Made by a program: the position numbers and the translations under genes
Source: Elusimicrobiota bacterium
GTDB lineage: Bacteria; Elusimicrobiota; Elusimicrobia; F11
DNA: 64,000 bases
Assembly: GCA_044221725.1 (NCBI GenBank)
Contig: JBGAON010000001.1
Coordinates: forward strand, 416,001-480,000
Direction of reading: 5' to 3'
The notes under the pieces: generated by a model
Database searches by the model: none
What the model was told of the DNA's origin: nothing
What the model saw: only the letters and a program-made list of their open reading frames with translations
Shown: positions 52,132 through 61,469 of the stretch, piece after piece
Position numbering within the stretch: the first letter of the stretch is position 1
Layout of the letters: each line of letters starts with the position of its first letter

Positions 52132-52195
52132 TCCAAAATCGCATGAGGCCAATTAATCGCTTGCATTCTTGGTTAACGACGCGCATCCTTACTGC

Positions 52196-52603
52196 ATGAG
52201 AGCTGCTTCGCCTCGTAAACTGACGCGTTTCTACATCATTAATCCTGTTGGTGATCGCCGGCTTGAACAGCGATTCGAATCCAAAGAAGATATCGTCCTG
52301 CGAATTCCTCAATCCGGGAAAATGGGTCCCGCTGTTGCGTACGACGTTGGTCGGCATGGAATGCGACTGGAATGCGAATGGAATATCCAGCCCGGAACGG
52401 ATATCGAAGCGGTATTTCCAAATACGTCGGACCACATGCGTTGCTTCGGGCATGTTGTTTGGGTCCGGGAACGCGCATTTGGAAAATTCTACGATTGCGG
52501 TGTTTCCATTGATGTGTGGCACGGCATCGTCAGTGGAGAGAGTTCCTGGACCGTCGTTAAAGGCAGTACCCCGAAATCCGAACGCCGTAAAAAATCCCGC
52601 TAG
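52196..52603 (+). CDS. PilZ-domain (c-di-GMP-binding) protein
   Basis: RRLEQR (RxxxR), DVGRHG (DxSxxG-like), GHVVWVR. Confidence 0.78.
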   Translation: MRAASPRKLTRFYIINPVGDRRLEQRFESKEDIVLRIPQSGKMGPAVAYDVGRHGMRLECEWNIQPGTDIEAVFPNTSDHMRCFGHVVWVRERAFGKFYDCGVSIDVWHGIVSGESSWTVVKGSTPKSERRKKSR

Positions 52604-52626
52604 TTTCGTTTATAATCTCCCTCTCA

Positions 52627-53298
52627 ATGGAAACAGAGAAGATACGTAGCTTTCTATCCAATGTCGACCCGTTTAAAGGCTTGCCGGCAGCCGAAATGGA
52701 CCGTCTTGTTTCATCAATGCAGGAAATTCGCAGCACAAAAGGGGAGATTGTTTTTACCGAAGGTGACGAAGCCGCCAGTGTTTGGGTGCTGTTCGATGGA
52801 CGTCTCGAAATCTTCAAGTACACGAGCGACGGAAAACCACGAGCGATCGAAATAATCCAACCCAGAGAATTGTATGGAACGCTCTGTCGACTCGGATCAA
52901 ACGGCCGTGCCTATCCATGCACCGCGGTCGCATCGGTCGATTCTTTGTCGTTCCGAATTCCAGATTCGATCTTCCTCGACGTGTTTCAGCGCAATCCTTC
53001 GATGGTTACCGGCGTTTGTGCGTTGTGCAGCAACCGGCTCAACATGATGCAAGAACTTACTTGTTCGACTCAGGAGCCGGTAGAAAAACGGATCCTTCGA
53101 ACGCTGTTTCAGCTGTCAATAAAACATGGGAACGTGCTGCCTTACACGAAAAAGCAGATTGGTGAGCTCTCCGCGACCACCGTCGAGACAGCAATTCGTA
53201 CATTGAGCAAATTCCAAAAGAAGAACTGGATTGCTTCGGCGCGCGGCAAAATAACGCTGAAAGACAGCACGAAGCTGGAAGCCCTCCTTCAAAGTTAA
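52627..53298 (+). CDS. Crp/Fnr-family transcriptional regulator
   Basis: cNMP-binding-type N-terminal domain; HTH YTKKQIGELSATTVETAIRTL; five Cys. Confidence 0.93.
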   Translation: METEKIRSFLSNVDPFKGLPAAEMDRLVSSMQEIRSTKGEIVFTEGDEAASVWVLFDGRLEIFKYTSDGKPRAIEIIQPRELYGTLCRLGSNGRAYPCTAVASVDSLSFRIPDSIFLDVFQRNPSMVTGVCALCSNRLNMMQELTCSTQEPVEKRILRTLFQLSIKHGNVLPYTKKQIGELSATTVETAIRTLSKFQKKNWIASARGKITLKDSTKLEALLQS

Positions 53299-53304
53299 AT
53301 TCTT

Positions 53305-53330
53305 CCTTTTATGATCCGAATCATAAAAGG
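53305..53330. promoter_or_regulatory. Crp/Fnr-type operator TATGA-N6-TCATA within a perfect 11-bp-arm palindrome (may double as a terminator)
   Basis: CCTTTTATGAT-CCGA-ATCATAAAAGG followed by TTTTT. Confidence 0.7.
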
Positions 53331-53385
53331 TTTTTCCCAAATCCGGTAAATAAGACCAGTCCCAAGCGCTCAAAGGGAGGATCTC

Positions 53386-53862
53386 ATGAAAGGAAATTTA
53401 CCGCGGCAGGTGATGGCCTGCGAAATTATGACGAAGCCCGTGGAAACGGTTCAATTAAAAGATTCGTTGCGTGATGTTGCGCGTCTTTTTACGGAAAATC
53501 ATATCGGCGCGGCCGCCGTTGTTGACGCAGAAGGCAAGCCCGTCGGCGTTATTACGAAGACCGACATCGTCCGGTTTGAGGACGACCGCGTCAGCGCGAG
53601 TCTTATGGAAAAGAAAGAGCTCCAGGGGCTGCGGCGAGAACCGGCACGTTCCGGTTATCACCTGGTGGAAGACGATGCCGTGGTGTCCGAATGGATGACA
53701 CCGGTCATTTTTAGCGTCGGTCTTGAGACGCCGCTCAAAGAAATTGCGTTGCGCATGGTACGGTATGGCATTCATCACATCTTTGTACGCGCAAAGGATG
53801 ACGGTGTGATCGCCGGAATTGTGAGCAGTTTCGACGTGCTTCGACAGGTCGCTCATGAGTAG
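53386..53862 (+). CDS. CBS-domain pair protein
   Basis: IMTKPV..GVITKTDI and WMTPVI..GIVSSFDV; SD GGGAGG. Confidence 0.92.
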   Translation: MKGNLPRQVMACEIMTKPVETVQLKDSLRDVARLFTENHIGAAAVVDAEGKPVGVITKTDIVRFEDDRVSASLMEKKELQGLRREPARSGYHLVEDDAVVSEWMTPVIFSVGLETPLKEIALRMVRYGIHHIFVRAKDDGVIAGIVSSFDVLRQVAHE

Positions 53863-54196
53863 TTCGCCTTCGGATTTGGCTGTGTTTGATCGGTTGGTCG
53901 GTCGCATCGCCGGCGCCATCTACAGCGACGTTAGTCACGTTTTTCCTCAGCCGCCCCTGTTGTTGGTTCCGGCGATTACGTTTAAAGTTCGACGTGTGCT
54001 TGAGAGCGTCACGGACCTCAAATATCTTACGTCCGCTCAGAAAAAGATATTGGCCAACGATTTGAGAGTTTCTATTGTGCCGATGCTTTTTTCGTACGAG
54101 ATTGAACCGGAAACAATTGAGGAACTTGCCCCGATTATTGAAACAGCCGCTTTTAAAGGGCTGTCCACCGAAGGAGATCATCATGAAAAGGTCTAG
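53855..54196 (+). CDS. Hypothetical protein
   Basis: Overlaps both neighbours in operon fashion; no family recognised. Confidence 0.6.
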   Translation: MSSSPSDLAVFDRLVGRIAGAIYSDVSHVFPQPPLLLVPAITFKVRRVLESVTDLKYLTSAQKKILANDLRVSIVPMLFSYEIEPETIEELAPIIETAAFKGLSTEGDHHEKV

Positions 54197-54800
54197 AGGA
54201 ATACTTGCAGCGACTCTCGTCTTTCTTAGTTTGCACCAAGGAACCCTTCGTTCCGAAATCGCGACGGGTGCGGTGGCGCCGCGGTTGGCGGTTGGCAGCA
54301 AAGTGTGGCTGGTTGGCGATTCCACGCTGCATGAATTTACGAGCACCACTGAGAAATTCGATGTTGATATGGCTTTGCGCCCGGCCGCCGGGGCCACGTT
54401 GTTCGAAAAACTCGCCAACGGGGGAATTGAAAAATTGGAAGTAAAGATTCCGATTGTGGAATTAAAATCTCACAAAAGCGGGCTTGATAAAAACATGCAG
54501 AAGTCGTTAAAAGCCGAAGAGTTCCCCGTGATTCTGTTCCACGGAAACAACTGCTCTATCGTTTCCAAGGACCTTGAGAAAAAAATTCTAAAGATTTCCG
54601 CCTCTGGTAACCTCGAAGTTGCCGGCGTAAAAAAAGAGGAAGTGTTGGACGCAACGGTGACGGCGGCGGATGGTGGAATACGAATTGAGGGAACGAAAGA
54701 TTTATTGATGACAGATTTCGGAATTAAACCACCAAAGATGATGATGATCAAAACTGAAAACCGCGTCGTTATTCACTTCGATTTGTCGTACGCCAATTAA
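54183..54800 (+). CDS. YceI-family periplasmic lipid/polyisoprenoid-binding protein
   Basis: SD AAGGAG then MKRSRG signal; GDSTLHEF, LDKNM..SLKAEEFP.I.F, GNLEVAGV, MTDFGIKPP. Confidence 0.88.
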   Translation: MKRSRGILAATLVFLSLHQGTLRSEIATGAVAPRLAVGSKVWLVGDSTLHEFTSTTEKFDVDMALRPAAGATLFEKLANGGIEKLEVKIPIVELKSHKSGLDKNMQKSLKAEEFPVILFHGNNCSIVSKDLEKKILKISASGNLEVAGVKKEEVLDATVTAADGGIRIEGTKDLLMTDFGIKPPKMMMIKTENRVVIHFDLSYAN

Positions 54801-55345
54801 AGGTTGGCGGCGTCGAGAGCGAGAATGTCGTTTATGTGAAACGAACGGCTGCCATCGGATTTCATGCGCAGCCGTTTCACGTTGTACTCCTCAAATTGCC
54901 CGGTGAATTGCTGTCCGGTTTTTAAGTACACCGTTATTTTCATTCCTTTCGTTAAGTGATTCAGAGCATTGTCGAGCTTGTCCCCGCTATAAACGGTGGG
55001 TCCCGTCGGTAGAACAACGGTTTCTCGAATTGCCTCCTCGGCACGCACGTCATTTCGGAGTTTGAGAACCGCGTCGGCGAAATCCATGATGTTGGGAAAT
55101 TTCTTCGCCAGTACTTTGATGTCGTCCAATGCCTTCTTCGTGTCGTCGGCGCCGATGTTCAATAGATCCATCAGCGTGCGCACATACGGTCCTTCCGTCG
55201 AGCGTAGCTCCATTTGAAGACCTTGATAACCCATTACGAGAAACTCTTTTGTCCGCAAATCGTCAGCAGCCCAGGTGGCTGACGTCAGTGTTGATACAAT
55301 TAGAGTGAGGAATAGAAGTGTTCGTTTGTGATTTAATTTGTTCAT
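54797..55345 (-). CDS. Secreted hypothetical protein (DUF3015-like N-part, Sm-like C-part)
   Basis: Signal peptide ending ATWA; EGPYVRTLMDLL; GMKITVYLKTGQQFTG. Confidence 0.65.
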   Translation of the reverse strand: MNKLNHKRTLLFLTLIVSTLTSATWAADDLRTKEFLVMGYQGLQMELRSTEGPYVRTLMDLLNIGADDTKKALDDIKVLAKKFPNIMDFADAVLKLRNDVRAEEAIRETVVLPTGPTVYSGDKLDNALNHLTKGMKITVYLKTGQQFTGQFEEYNVKRLRMKSDGSRSFHINDILALDAANL

Positions 55346-55379
55346 TGATGTTTTTTGATATTACAAATTCACTTCGTTA

Positions 55380-55429
55380 TATGAGCCAAATCATAGTGCT
55401 ATTCGGTCTGGCGTGTTATTTTTAGATCA
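55380..55429 (+). promoter_or_regulatory. Crp/Fnr-type operator TATGA-GCCAAA-TCATA with class II promoter geometry for the porin gene
   Basis: Site 55380-55395; extended -10 TGtTATTTT at 55414-55422; a start near 55429 places the site centre at -41.5. Confidence 0.7.
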
Positions 55430-55453
55430 ATCAAATTCTAATAAGGAGCTTAT

Positions 55454-56746
55454 ATGAAGAGCATAAAAACCATGTGGATGTCGGGGATGCTGACACTGGG
55501 TATAGCGGCATCGGCTTTTGCAATGGGTCATGAGATTGCAAACACCGATAACTTCACAATGAACATTGGAGGCCGTATCCAAGAAGTAGCCTATGGTCAG
55601 CTTGTGCACGATCCGGTGCCAAGCAAAGACAATGCGCGGGTGTACCTGTTTCTTAAGCAGGCACGCTTGAACATCAATGGCCAAGTGGAAGGCATAAAGT
55701 ACAACACAGAATGGGTCGGTGCAGCGGAAGATATCAACGGATCGAACAATGGTCTGACGTTGCTCGACTTTTGGTTTGATGTGCCGGTGTATAAAACCCA
55801 ATCCACATGGTTTCGAGTGGGACAATTCAAAGTGCCTTACGGCCGTGAAAGCTTGAACGATGAAGCGCAGTTTCAAATGGTCGACACCTCCATTGATTAC
55901 AAATCGTTCAATTTGGGCCGCGACGTGGGTGCTGCTCTCCATTCTTACTTTGGGAAATTCGGTGGAACCGCGGGCGTGTTCACGGGCGGTGCGCGCGACG
56001 TGCCTCTGCGCTTCTTGCCCGAGCATTTGGGTGTGCCCATGTTCGTTGGCCGTGTCGGTTACAACGACGGCTTGGATAAAGATGTGTACACGGTTGCGCA
56101 GAACGATCTTCATCCGGTCCGTTTTGTAAAAGCGACCCACATCAACGGCATGTACATGAAAGACACGCGCATTGGTCATTCGACGGTTCTAAACACGAGA
56201 ACTTCTGAGAAAACATTCATGTTGAACACGAACTGGAATCCTTATCTGGCGCGCACGCCGTACGATCGCGGTTCTTTCTGGCAGGGCGGTTGGGACGGTG
56301 CAATGCGTGGGCCGATTGGAAAAGATTCCGCGTGGACGGCCGAAGCGCAAGCCGATTATTCTTCTTACTCGAACAAATACGGCGCGCTGCGCACCTGGGG
56401 TCTGCGCACACAAGCGGGCGTGTTAAAAGGAAAATTCGAAGCGGCGCTCAGATACGCGTTGCTGATTCCCGACAACAACTTCACGAACGGTGGCGTGAAA
56501 ATTACTGGCACCGAGAAAATGCAAGAAGTAACGCCCGCGTTCAGCTATTACATGCGCGGTCACGATCACAAGGTCGTGCTGGACTTCCCAATCCTGATCA
56601 ATGTCCCGGTCTTTATTGAGAACGCGGCGGGATTGTACGTGTCCACCGAGCAACCCGATCAGGCATCTGTCATTAAGCCGGCGACCGGAGGTGTCGCACG
56701 CCAAACGGTACCCGAAGCACGAATCATGTACCAATTGGCTTTCTGA
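55454..56746 (+). CDS. Outer-membrane porin (OprO/OprP-like)
   Basis: Signal peptide; LKQARLNING, RVGQFKVPYGRE, GRDVGA, C-terminal YQLAF; SD TAAGGAG. Confidence 0.85.
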   Translation: MKSIKTMWMSGMLTLGIAASAFAMGHEIANTDNFTMNIGGRIQEVAYGQLVHDPVPSKDNARVYLFLKQARLNINGQVEGIKYNTEWVGAAEDINGSNNGLTLLDFWFDVPVYKTQSTWFRVGQFKVPYGRESLNDEAQFQMVDTSIDYKSFNLGRDVGAALHSYFGKFGGTAGVFTGGARDVPLRFLPEHLGVPMFVGRVGYNDGLDKDVYTVAQNDLHPVRFVKATHINGMYMKDTRIGHSTVLNTRTSEKTFMLNTNWNPYLARTPYDRGSFWQGGWDGAMRGPIGKDSAWTAEAQADYSSYSNKYGALRTWGLRTQAGVLKGKFEAALRYALLIPDNNFTNGGVKITGTEKMQEVTPAFSYYMRGHDHKVVLDFPILINVPVFIENAAGLYVSTEQPDQASVIKPATGGVARQTVPEARIMYQLAF

Positions 56747-57342
56747 TGCCGAAAAAGGTCAAACGGGCGATTAGGTTAGGAATGCTCTCCATCGCTCTTG
56801 CAGGGAGACTGGGGGCCGAACAGGCCTCCGTCTCCTTGCAAGAGAAAGACGGAGGGTACACGTTGGAAGGTACGTTCTTCTTGCAAGCGCCCCGTGTTGT
56901 GGTATGGAACGTGTTAACGGACTATGATCACATCGCCAACTTTGTCTCGTCGATGAAGCACAGCAAGATCCGGGAACAAACGCTCGATGGTTATGTCGTG
57001 GACCAGAAGATGCGCGGGGAATTTCTGTTTTTTAAGCGCACGGTGCACGTGGCGCTCGAGACGAAGGAACAAGAGGATGGCGTGATTACGTTCAAGGACA
57101 TCTCGCACGAAGATTTTGATCGGTACGAGGGATCGTGGAAAGTGGAGCCAACGGTCGCTGGAACAGTTGTGATTTACAAACTGGATGTGAAAAGTAATTT
57201 CCCCGCACCAGGATTTGTCAAACGAAACGTCGTCAAAAACAATGTGTCTGCGTTGCTCGAGGAGTTGAAAGCAGAAATGTTGCAGCGCAGCGAAAAAGAA
57301 AATCTCACCGCAAAACCGGCCGCTTCGCGATCAGGATCGTAA
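56746..57342 (+). CDS. Secreted SRPBCC/START (polyketide cyclase/Coq10-like) protein
   Basis: VWNVLTDYDHIANFV, FDRYEGSWKV; signal peptide. Confidence 0.85.
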   Translation: MPKKVKRAIRLGMLSIALAGRLGAEQASVSLQEKDGGYTLEGTFFLQAPRVVVWNVLTDYDHIANFVSSMKHSKIREQTLDGYVVDQKMRGEFLFFKRTVHVALETKEQEDGVITFKDISHEDFDRYEGSWKVEPTVAGTVVIYKLDVKSNFPAPGFVKRNVVKNNVSALLEELKAEMLQRSEKENLTAKPAASRSGS

Positions 57343-58164
57343 CGCTTCGGTCAGTCTTACCGCTTCGCGCGTTGCGCGAACGTCGTGAGTTCGAATAATT
57401 GCAGCACCATTCAAAACCGCTGCCGCCGTCGCCGCCAACGAACCCGCCAGCCTGTCTTCCGGCTTTTTAATCTTAAGAAATTCTCCTATGAAGGATTTTC
57501 GGGATACTCCGACGAGAATGGGTTTCTTCAAATCGCACAGATTGCCGAGGTGCTTCAAAACCGCGAGATCCCATTGCCACCATTTCATCGGTTGATCGCG
57601 AAAAAATCCAATGCCCGGATCAATAGCCACGCGGGATTCGCTAACGCCGCTCTTCAAAGCAATCTTTACCGAATTCGATAAAAGGTTCTTAACGCTGCTT
57701 ATGGGATTGCCGCTTCTCTGTCTTAGTCCCGCTGGGTTCGCCATCACAATCACACCACGAAACTTTTTCGCTAGGGCCAGAATTTTTGGATCCGCTCGGA
57801 GCCCCGAGATGTCATTTAGGACGTCCGCGCCCGCGTCCAACGCGGCTCGGGCCGGCGCGTAGCGACTCGTATCCGCGCAGACGGGCACGCGGCACATTTT
57901 CTTAATCGAACGAATCGCAATTTTTAATCGGTAGGCTTCTTCCTCTTCGGTGATCCTCGTGTTTAAGTAGGGCGCAGTCGACATCGCGCCAACGTCAATG
58001 AAGTCGGCGCCTTCCACTTCCATCTTTCGCGCCGCGAGGCCAATCGACGCTTCATCCTTGTATATGGAGTCCTTATAAAAGGATTCGGGGCTTACGTTGA
58101 TCACGCCCATAACGCGAACCGGTTGCGACGGGCCGACGCACACGCCCGCAAGATTATTTTGCAT
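57331..58164 (-). CDS. folP: Dihydropteroate synthase
   Basis: MGVINVSPESF, DVGAMSTAP, DPGIGF, GVSRKSF and IIRTHDV motifs. Confidence 0.95.
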   Translation of the reverse strand: MQNNLAGVCVGPSQPVRVMGVINVSPESFYKDSIYKDEASIGLAARKMEVEGADFIDVGAMSTAPYLNTRITEEEEAYRLKIAIRSIKKMCRVPVCADTSRYAPARAALDAGADVLNDISGLRADPKILALAKKFRGVIVMANPAGLRQRSGNPISSVKNLLSNSVKIALKSGVSESRVAIDPGIGFFRDQPMKWWQWDLAVLKHLGNLCDLKKPILVGVSRKSFIGEFLKIKKPEDRLAGSLAATAAAVLNGAAIIRTHDVRATREAVRLTEALRS

Positions 58165-58199
58165 GGAGCAAGATTACACGTTTGTGTTACCATCGGGCC

Positions 58200-58628
58200 A
58201 TGAAAACGACTCTGAAAACGGCGAAGGATTTTTCGACGGGCGGGCTCGTGTGGGATCCAAAAAAGAAGAAGCTGCTTTTGATTCGCGTGGAGAATTTGTC
58301 CGGAGAAAAAGTATGGACCTTTCCCAAGGGCCACCCCGAGAAAGAAGAAACTCCAGAGGAAGCGGCCGTGCGCGAAGTGGTGGAAGAGACGGGTTGGCAG
58401 TGCAGTGTCCTAGCACCGGTCACCGAGGTTCGGTACTTTTATGTGCACAATCGCACGCGTTTCGACAAGACCGTTCGATGGTTTCTTATGGAGCCCATTT
58501 CCCAGGTCGGAGAGTTTGATCCGGAAGAAGTGCTCGAAGTGCGTTGGGTTTCCCGCGCCGACGCCGAGAAACTAATTTCCTACAAGTCCGATAAAGATCT
58601 GTTAAAGCAAACCGCGCTTCTCCTATAA
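58200..58628 (+). CDS. Nudix hydrolase (Ap4A hydrolase-like)
   Basis: Nudix box PKGH.EKEETPEEAAVREVVEETG; start at ATG 58200. Confidence 0.92.
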   Translation: MKTTLKTAKDFSTGGLVWDPKKKKLLLIRVENLSGEKVWTFPKGHPEKEETPEEAAVREVVEETGWQCSVLAPVTEVRYFYVHNRTRFDKTVRWFLMEPISQVGEFDPEEVLEVRWVSRADAEKLISYKSDKDLLKQTALLL

Positions 58629-58636
58629 TTCCGTCC

Positions 58637-60118
58637 ATGTCCACGATTACAACCTCGTCTACAACTTACGAACCGGTCATTGGTCTCGAAGTTCATGTTC
58701 AGATCAAAACAAACTCAAAACTGTTTTGCTCGTGCGAAACAAATTTTGGTGCGGCACCCAATTCCCACGTTTGCCCGGTGTGCACGGGCCAGCCCGGCGT
58801 TCTTCCGGTGTTGAACAGAAAAGCCGTTGAAGGAATCGTTAAAGTCGGCCTTGCGTTCGACTGCACGATCAATGAAGATTCCTTTTTTGCGCGCAAACAA
58901 TATTTTTATCCGGATTTGCCGAAGGCGTATCAAATCTCGCAGTCGGATAAACCGGTTTGCAGCGATGGGAAAATCGTGATCACCGTTGATGGAAAATCGA
59001 AAGTGATCCGTATCCAACGAATTCATTTGGAAGAAGATGCCGGCAAGCTCGTCCATTCGATTGGTTCGATGGAGCTTCCTTATTCGCTGGTTGACTTGAA
59101 CCGCTCGAGCATTCCGCTCATGGAAATTGTTTCTCATCCGGATCTTCGCAGCGCCGACGAGGCCCACGATTATCTTTCGGCGCTCAAAGCAGCGGTGCAA
59201 TACGTGGGCGTGTCCGATTGCGATATGGAGAAAGGATCTCTGCGCTGCGACGCGAACATTTCGGTGCGGCCGGTCGGCGAGACGAAATTCGGTACGCGCG
59301 TCGAAGTAAAGAACATGAACAGTTTCCGCGCTGTAAAAGACGCCATCTTGCACGAGATTGATCGGCAGGTGCGGTTAATCGAGGGTGGCGAGAAAGTCGT
59401 TCAGGAAACACGGCTTTGGAATGAATCCAAAGCGGCAACGTTCTCGATGCGCTCGAAAGAAGAAGCGCACGATTACCGCTATTTCCCCGAGCCGGATTTG
59501 TTGCCGCTCAAACTCACTTCCGATTGGATTGAATCCATTCGAAAGGCACTTCCCGAGCTGCCGGGCGCGCGGAAAGCGCGTCTCATAAAAAATTTAAATC
59601 TCAGCGATTACGACGCCGGTGTGCTCGTGGCCGATCAAGCGCTTGTGAATTATTTTGAAGAGGGCCTCAATCATTTGCCCGAAGGAATTCGTTCGAACGC
59701 GGCGAAACCGCTTGTGAACTGGACGACCACCGAGCTTCTCGGTCGGCTGAATCAAGATAAGAAGACGATCGAAGAGTCGCCGGTGTCAGCGAAATCGCTC
59801 GCGGAGCTCGTTGAGCTGATCAGCGGCGGAACGTTGTCGGGGAAAATGGCGAAGGATGTTTTTGGCGAGGTGTATGCGTCGGGTGGATCGCCGAAAGAAA
59901 TCGTCGCGAAAAAAGGTTTGGCGCAAGTGAGCAACGAAGGCGAGTTGCTGAAATTTATTGAAGAAGTGATCGCCGAAAATCCAAAAGTGGTGGACGACGT
60001 GAAGTCCGGGAAAGAGCGCGCGCTGGGTTCCCTCGTGGGCGCGCTTATGAAAAAGACGAAAGGCCGCGCCAACCCCCAGCTCGCCAACGAACTTTTGAAA
60101 AAGAAAATTCTTTCGTGA
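58637..60118 (+). CDS. gatB: Asp/Glu-tRNA amidotransferase subunit B
   Basis: IGLEVHVQ, RKQYFYPDLPK, HLEEDAGK, LRCDANIS and DYRYFPEPDL motifs. Confidence 0.98.
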   Translation: MSTITTSSTTYEPVIGLEVHVQIKTNSKLFCSCETNFGAAPNSHVCPVCTGQPGVLPVLNRKAVEGIVKVGLAFDCTINEDSFFARKQYFYPDLPKAYQISQSDKPVCSDGKIVITVDGKSKVIRIQRIHLEEDAGKLVHSIGSMELPYSLVDLNRSSIPLMEIVSHPDLRSADEAHDYLSALKAAVQYVGVSDCDMEKGSLRCDANISVRPVGETKFGTRVEVKNMNSFRAVKDAILHEIDRQVRLIEGGEKVVQETRLWNESKAATFSMRSKEEAHDYRYFPEPDLLPLKLTSDWIESIRKALPELPGARKARLIKNLNLSDYDAGVLVADQALVNYFEEGLNHLPEGIRSNAAKPLVNWTTTELLGRLNQDKKTIEESPVSAKSLAELVELISGGTLSGKMAKDVFGEVYASGGSPKEIVAKKGLAQVSNEGELLKFIEEVIAENPKVVDDVKSGKERALGSLVGALMKKTKGRANPQLANELLKKKILS

Positions 60119-60137
60119 GGACGATATTATTTAGATC

Positions 60138-60209
60138 TCGTCATCCCGGAATGTCTCTCTCCAGGATCCAAGTTAAATGGGCCCTGGATTGAGAATTCCC
60201 AGGGCGACG
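60138..60209. repeat. Degenerate palindromic element (GTCATCCC...GGATCCA type) between gatB and acpS
   Basis: CGTCATCCCGGAAT...TCCAGGATCCA-AGTTAAA-TGGGCCCTGGA...ATTCCCAGGGCGACG imperfect long hairpin. Confidence 0.5.
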
Positions 60210-60217
60210 CGCTCGCA

Positions 60218-60583
60218 ATGACACCTTCCATTGGGATCGATATCGAAGAGGTCAGCCGCTTCCGGCGGCTCGTTCGCAACGATCGGTTCATGGCGCGCGT
60301 CTACACGGCGCGCGAAATCGCTTACTGCAAAGAAAAGAAGAACAAGCTCGAACACTTCGCGGTGCGATTTGCGGCGAAGGAAGCGGTCTGGAAAGCGCTC
60401 AGCACGAGTTTAAAGCAACGGAAAACTTCGCTGGCGCATCACGACATTGGTGTTCGCAACGATTCCGAGGGGAAACCTCACGTGATGTTGCCGCGCGCTT
60501 TGGCATCGCTGGAAAAAAATATTTCGTTGTCTCTTTCGCACACGCGATCGACCGTGGTGGCGGTCGCCATCGTTCAACGCTGA
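60218..60583 (+). CDS. acpS: Holo-ACP synthase
   Basis: GIDIEE, RFAAKEAVWKAL, GKP and SLSH motifs. Confidence 0.96.
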   Translation: MTPSIGIDIEEVSRFRRLVRNDRFMARVYTAREIAYCKEKKNKLEHFAVRFAAKEAVWKALSTSLKQRKTSLAHHDIGVRNDSEGKPHVMLPRALASLEKNISLSLSHTRSTVVAVAIVQR

Positions 60584-60584
60584 T

Positions 60585-61469
60585 ATGCCCGAGCGCGTGA
60601 CTTTTGCCAAAGCACGCGCGTGGCTAAAGCGTCGTCCCAAAAACGCCCACAAAGGAACCAGCGGTCGCGTTCTTATCCTTGCGGGCTCGCGCGGCATGGT
60701 GGGCGCCGGCATTTTAAGTGCGTACGGCGCCGTTCGTTCGGGTGCCGGACTTGTAAAACTCGCGACCGTGAAAAGCCAGCAGATGGTTGCCGCTAAACGC
60801 GGACCGCTCGAAGCCACCACGTTCGCGCTGCCTGAAGACACCAACGGCCGGATCAATGCGAAGGCAATTGCGGTCGTAAAAAGATTGATTCGCGATTGGC
60901 GGCCCGACGTGATCGCGTGCGGTCCAGGCTTGGGTCAAGGCCCGGGTGTTCGCGCATTGATTTCCGCGCTTCTTCAAACGAAAAATGGTCGGCTTGTGTT
61001 TGATGCCGATGCGTTGAACGTCTTCTCCAAACTCGGGACCGGTAAAAACAGAAGTACGCTCGTAATAACGCCGCACGTGGGCGAATTGGCGCGGTTGCTA
61101 CACGTTTCGCCGCATCACGTGGGCGCCCATCGCGAAGAATCCGCAAAGAAGGCGGCGACCAAATTTCACGCGATTTGTTTGCTAAAAGGTCCGGGAACCA
61201 TCGTGACAGACGGTAAGAAAGTGCTCGTGAACACGACCGGCAACCCAGCGATGGCGACGGGTGGAATGGGCGACGTTTTGACGGGAATTGTTGCGGCGAC
61301 GTGGGCGCAAGGAATTGCGTCGCCTCTCGAAGCCACAGCGCTCGCCGCTTACGTGCATGGACTCGCCGCGGATCTTGCAGCAAAGAAATTTCCCGAGCGG
61401 TCGATGATCGCCTCGGACGTTGCTAACTGTTTGCCGTTCGCATTTCGAAAACTTTGGAGGAACATATGA
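60585..61469 (+). CDS. nnrD: ADP-dependent NAD(P)HX dehydratase (YjeF C-domain only)
   Basis: HKGTSG, GPGLG, DADAL, TPHVGE and MATGGMGDVLTG motifs. Confidence 0.95.
   Translation: MPERVTFAKARAWLKRRPKNAHKGTSGRVLILAGSRGMVGAGILSAYGAVRSGAGLVKLATVKSQQMVAAKRGPLEATTFALPEDTNGRINAKAIAVVKRLIRDWRPDVIACGPGLGQGPGVRALISALLQTKNGRLVFDADALNVFSKLGTGKNRSTLVITPHVGELARLLHVSPHHVGAHREESAKKAATKFHAICLLKGPGTIVTDGKKVLVNTTGNPAMATGGMGDVLTGIVAATWAQGIASPLEATALAAYVHGLAADLAAKKFPERSMIASDVANCLPFAFRKLWRNI

Noticed and set aside
49967..52140. Genomic island integrated at tRNA-Tyr
   Set aside because: I found no integrase and no duplicated tRNA 3' end downstream.
58637..61469. gatB without gatCA and nnrD without nnrE
   Set aside because: Split arrangements are common; the partners are probably elsewhere in the genome.
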